Assembly (NCBI GenBank): GCA_026770705.1
Contig: JANJGN010000326.1
Location: 496,001 to 560,000, forward strand
DNA length: 64,000 nucleotides
Direction: 5' to 3'
From: Isurus oxyrinchus
Lineage: Eukaryota
Shown: positions 62,165 to 64,000 of the stretch, one piece after another
Position numbering within the stretch: position 1 is the stretch's first letter
How the letters are laid out: each line of letters starts with the position of its first letter
The notes under the pieces: generated by a model
Database searches by the model: none
Seen by the model: only the letters and a program-made list of their open reading frames with translations
Told to the model about the DNA's origin: nothing
Program-made: the position numbers and the translations under genes

Positions 62165-63810
62165 GGAACTGAAAAAGCTGGAAAATCTCTGTACGTCTGG
62201 TAGCATCAGTGAAGAGAGAAACGGTGTTAACGTTTGGGGTCCGTATGACTCTTCTTCAGAGGTGAAGAGAGGTAGAAATGTGCTTGTTTCCACTGCGGAA
62301 GAGAGGGGCGGGGCAGGTGGAGCAAAACAGAAGGTCAGGGATAGCTGGGAGCTCAGACGAGAAATGACAAAATGCCATGCACACAACACATACAGGTGCA
62401 GCAAACACATAGGAAGGCTAATGGAATGTCGGCCTTTACCATAAGAGAATTTGAGTGCAGAAGTATTGAAGTCTTGCTTCAATTGTATAGAAGCTTGGTT
62501 AGACTGCAACTAGAGTGCTGTGGGCAGTTTTGGTCCGCTTACCTTAGGATGGGTATTATTGCCGGAGAGGGAATGCAACGAAGATTCGCCAGGCTTCCTC
62601 CTGGGTTGGGGGGACTGTCTGATGAAGATAGGTTGAGGAAACTGGGCTTGTATTCTCTAGAGTTTCGAAGAATGAGAGGTGATTTCTTTGAAACCTACAA
62701 AATTCTTAAATGTATAGACAGGGTAGATGCAGATAAGATATTTCCCTGGTTGTTGAACGTAGAACCAGCGGTCACAAATTCGAAATTAGGGGGATGCCAC
62801 TTAGGACCGAGATGAGGGAAAATTTCTTTGTTCAGAGGGTTGTAAATCTTTGGATATCTCTACCCCAGCGGGTCGCGAAACCTTAGCAATTCCATATGCT
62901 TAAGGTAGAGTTTGACAGATTTCTCATTAATAATAACATAAAGTGTTGTGGAGATAGTGTGGGCAAAAGCCATTGAACTGTTCATTCAACCATGATCGTA
63001 TTGAATGGCGAAGCAGGCTGGACGGGCTGAATGGCCTTTTCCTGTTACTATGTTCCTAAGACAGAGTGGTAATGATAGTGATAAAGTCTAAGATAGGTGT
63101 TAATGCTGACGTAAAGGTCAGATGGAAGAATGTGTTACTGACAGGTCAGTGTCTGTGAAAGCAAAGCAAAAGAACAAGTTACAGACTTGCCCTGTGGGAG
63201 GACATGGTTGGGGAAAGAAATCAACATGCATGTCTGAAGCCATGAACTTAGTGTTAAGTCCAGAAGCCTGTAAAGCACCTAATTCTAAGCCCTATCTTCT
63301 GATTAGGCACTTTAAAGGCTCCTGGATTTAACATTGAGTTCAACAACTTCAGACCATGCACTCTGCCCTCTATTTTGATACTTTTACCACACCCACCACC
63401 TGCCCTTTTACGAGGGCCGTCTCTAACGTGTTCTTATGTTTTGTTTTCACATAGCACGGAACCTTGTTCTGCTGTTATCACATTCTGCTATCTGACATTT
63501 ATGCCACTATTGGCACCGGCCTTAGTCTTTAGCATTACCATTGGCTTCTGTACATGGCATCTTTGTCAAATCTCTCTTGTGATCCCCACTATCTCTGGAT
63601 TCTACTTTGCTCCACCCCCTCGCTTCAACAGTGTAAAACCCATCGTATTTCTACCGCTATTTAGTTCTGAAGAAGAGTCACAGGATCTCAAAACGTTCTC
63701 TGATTCGACCTCTACAAATGCTGCCAGACCTGCTGAGCTTTTTCAAGTATTTTCTGATTTTGTTTTTAAGTTTCAGATTTCCAGCGTCCACAGTATTTCA
63801 CTTTTACTTT
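62165..63810. mobile_element. Old inverted-repeat Penelope-like relic; left arm interrupted by a CR1 insertion
   Basis: 62165-62385 plus 63060-63290 is the diverged reverse complement of 63300-63810; turn-around near 63290. Confidence 0.7.
62386..63060 (+). mobile_element. CR1-type LINE 3' fragment
   Basis: KANGM..LLQLYRSLVRLQLECCGQFWSAYLR..MQRRFARLPPGL..RLRKLGLYSLEFRRMRGD..YKIL; ends aatggcct..tcctg..ctatgttcct. Confidence 0.9.
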
Positions 63811-64000
63811 AGCCATAAATTAAATTGACTTATCTGTCCAGACTGGAAAATGCACAAATCTTCATCAGATACAAAAGATGCACTCGGGAGACCATCTGAT
63901 GGTTTACCTGACACTGATCCGTGCCAAGGGGCCCTTCAGCGTGCTGGACTTTACTTTATTTTGGGTCATGAACTGCAGCCTCAGAGACCGGGCATGCCTC

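Overview
Eukaryotic, repeat-rich vertebrate DNA. The repeat and gene repertoire (CR1-type LINEs, Penelope-like elements, GPR139-like GPCR, C2H2-ZNF exons starting MEGKST..HSGEKP) points to a cartilaginous fish, most likely a shark (inference). The only clearly intact gene is a 3-exon Ig light-chain-like gene (leader / pre-joined VJ / single C1; 50548-55276, +, 245 aa). It has an octamer-CCAAT-TATA promoter, canonical phase-1 splice sites, a C-terminal Cys and no RSS, so it is a germline-joined, non-rearranging antigen-receptor chain. About 28 kb upstream on the same strand is an orphan TCR-alpha/delta-like V pseudogene with an intronless leader and a 23-RSS. The window also holds a ~70-finger C2H2 zinc-finger pseudogene built on a homogenised 84-bp minisatellite, a near full-length partial-tandem Penelope-like element whose 5' end is joined to scrambled retroviral env fragments, and several hammerhead-ribozyme motifs in Penelope pLTRs, including a ~100-bp-arm hairpin in the Ig J-C intron. 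A GPR139-like pseudogene, two long degenerate minisatellites, many LINE/SINE relics and a 150-N assembly gap fill the rest. Most short ORFs in the supplied track are antisense or repeat noise. Repeat boundaries are approximate.
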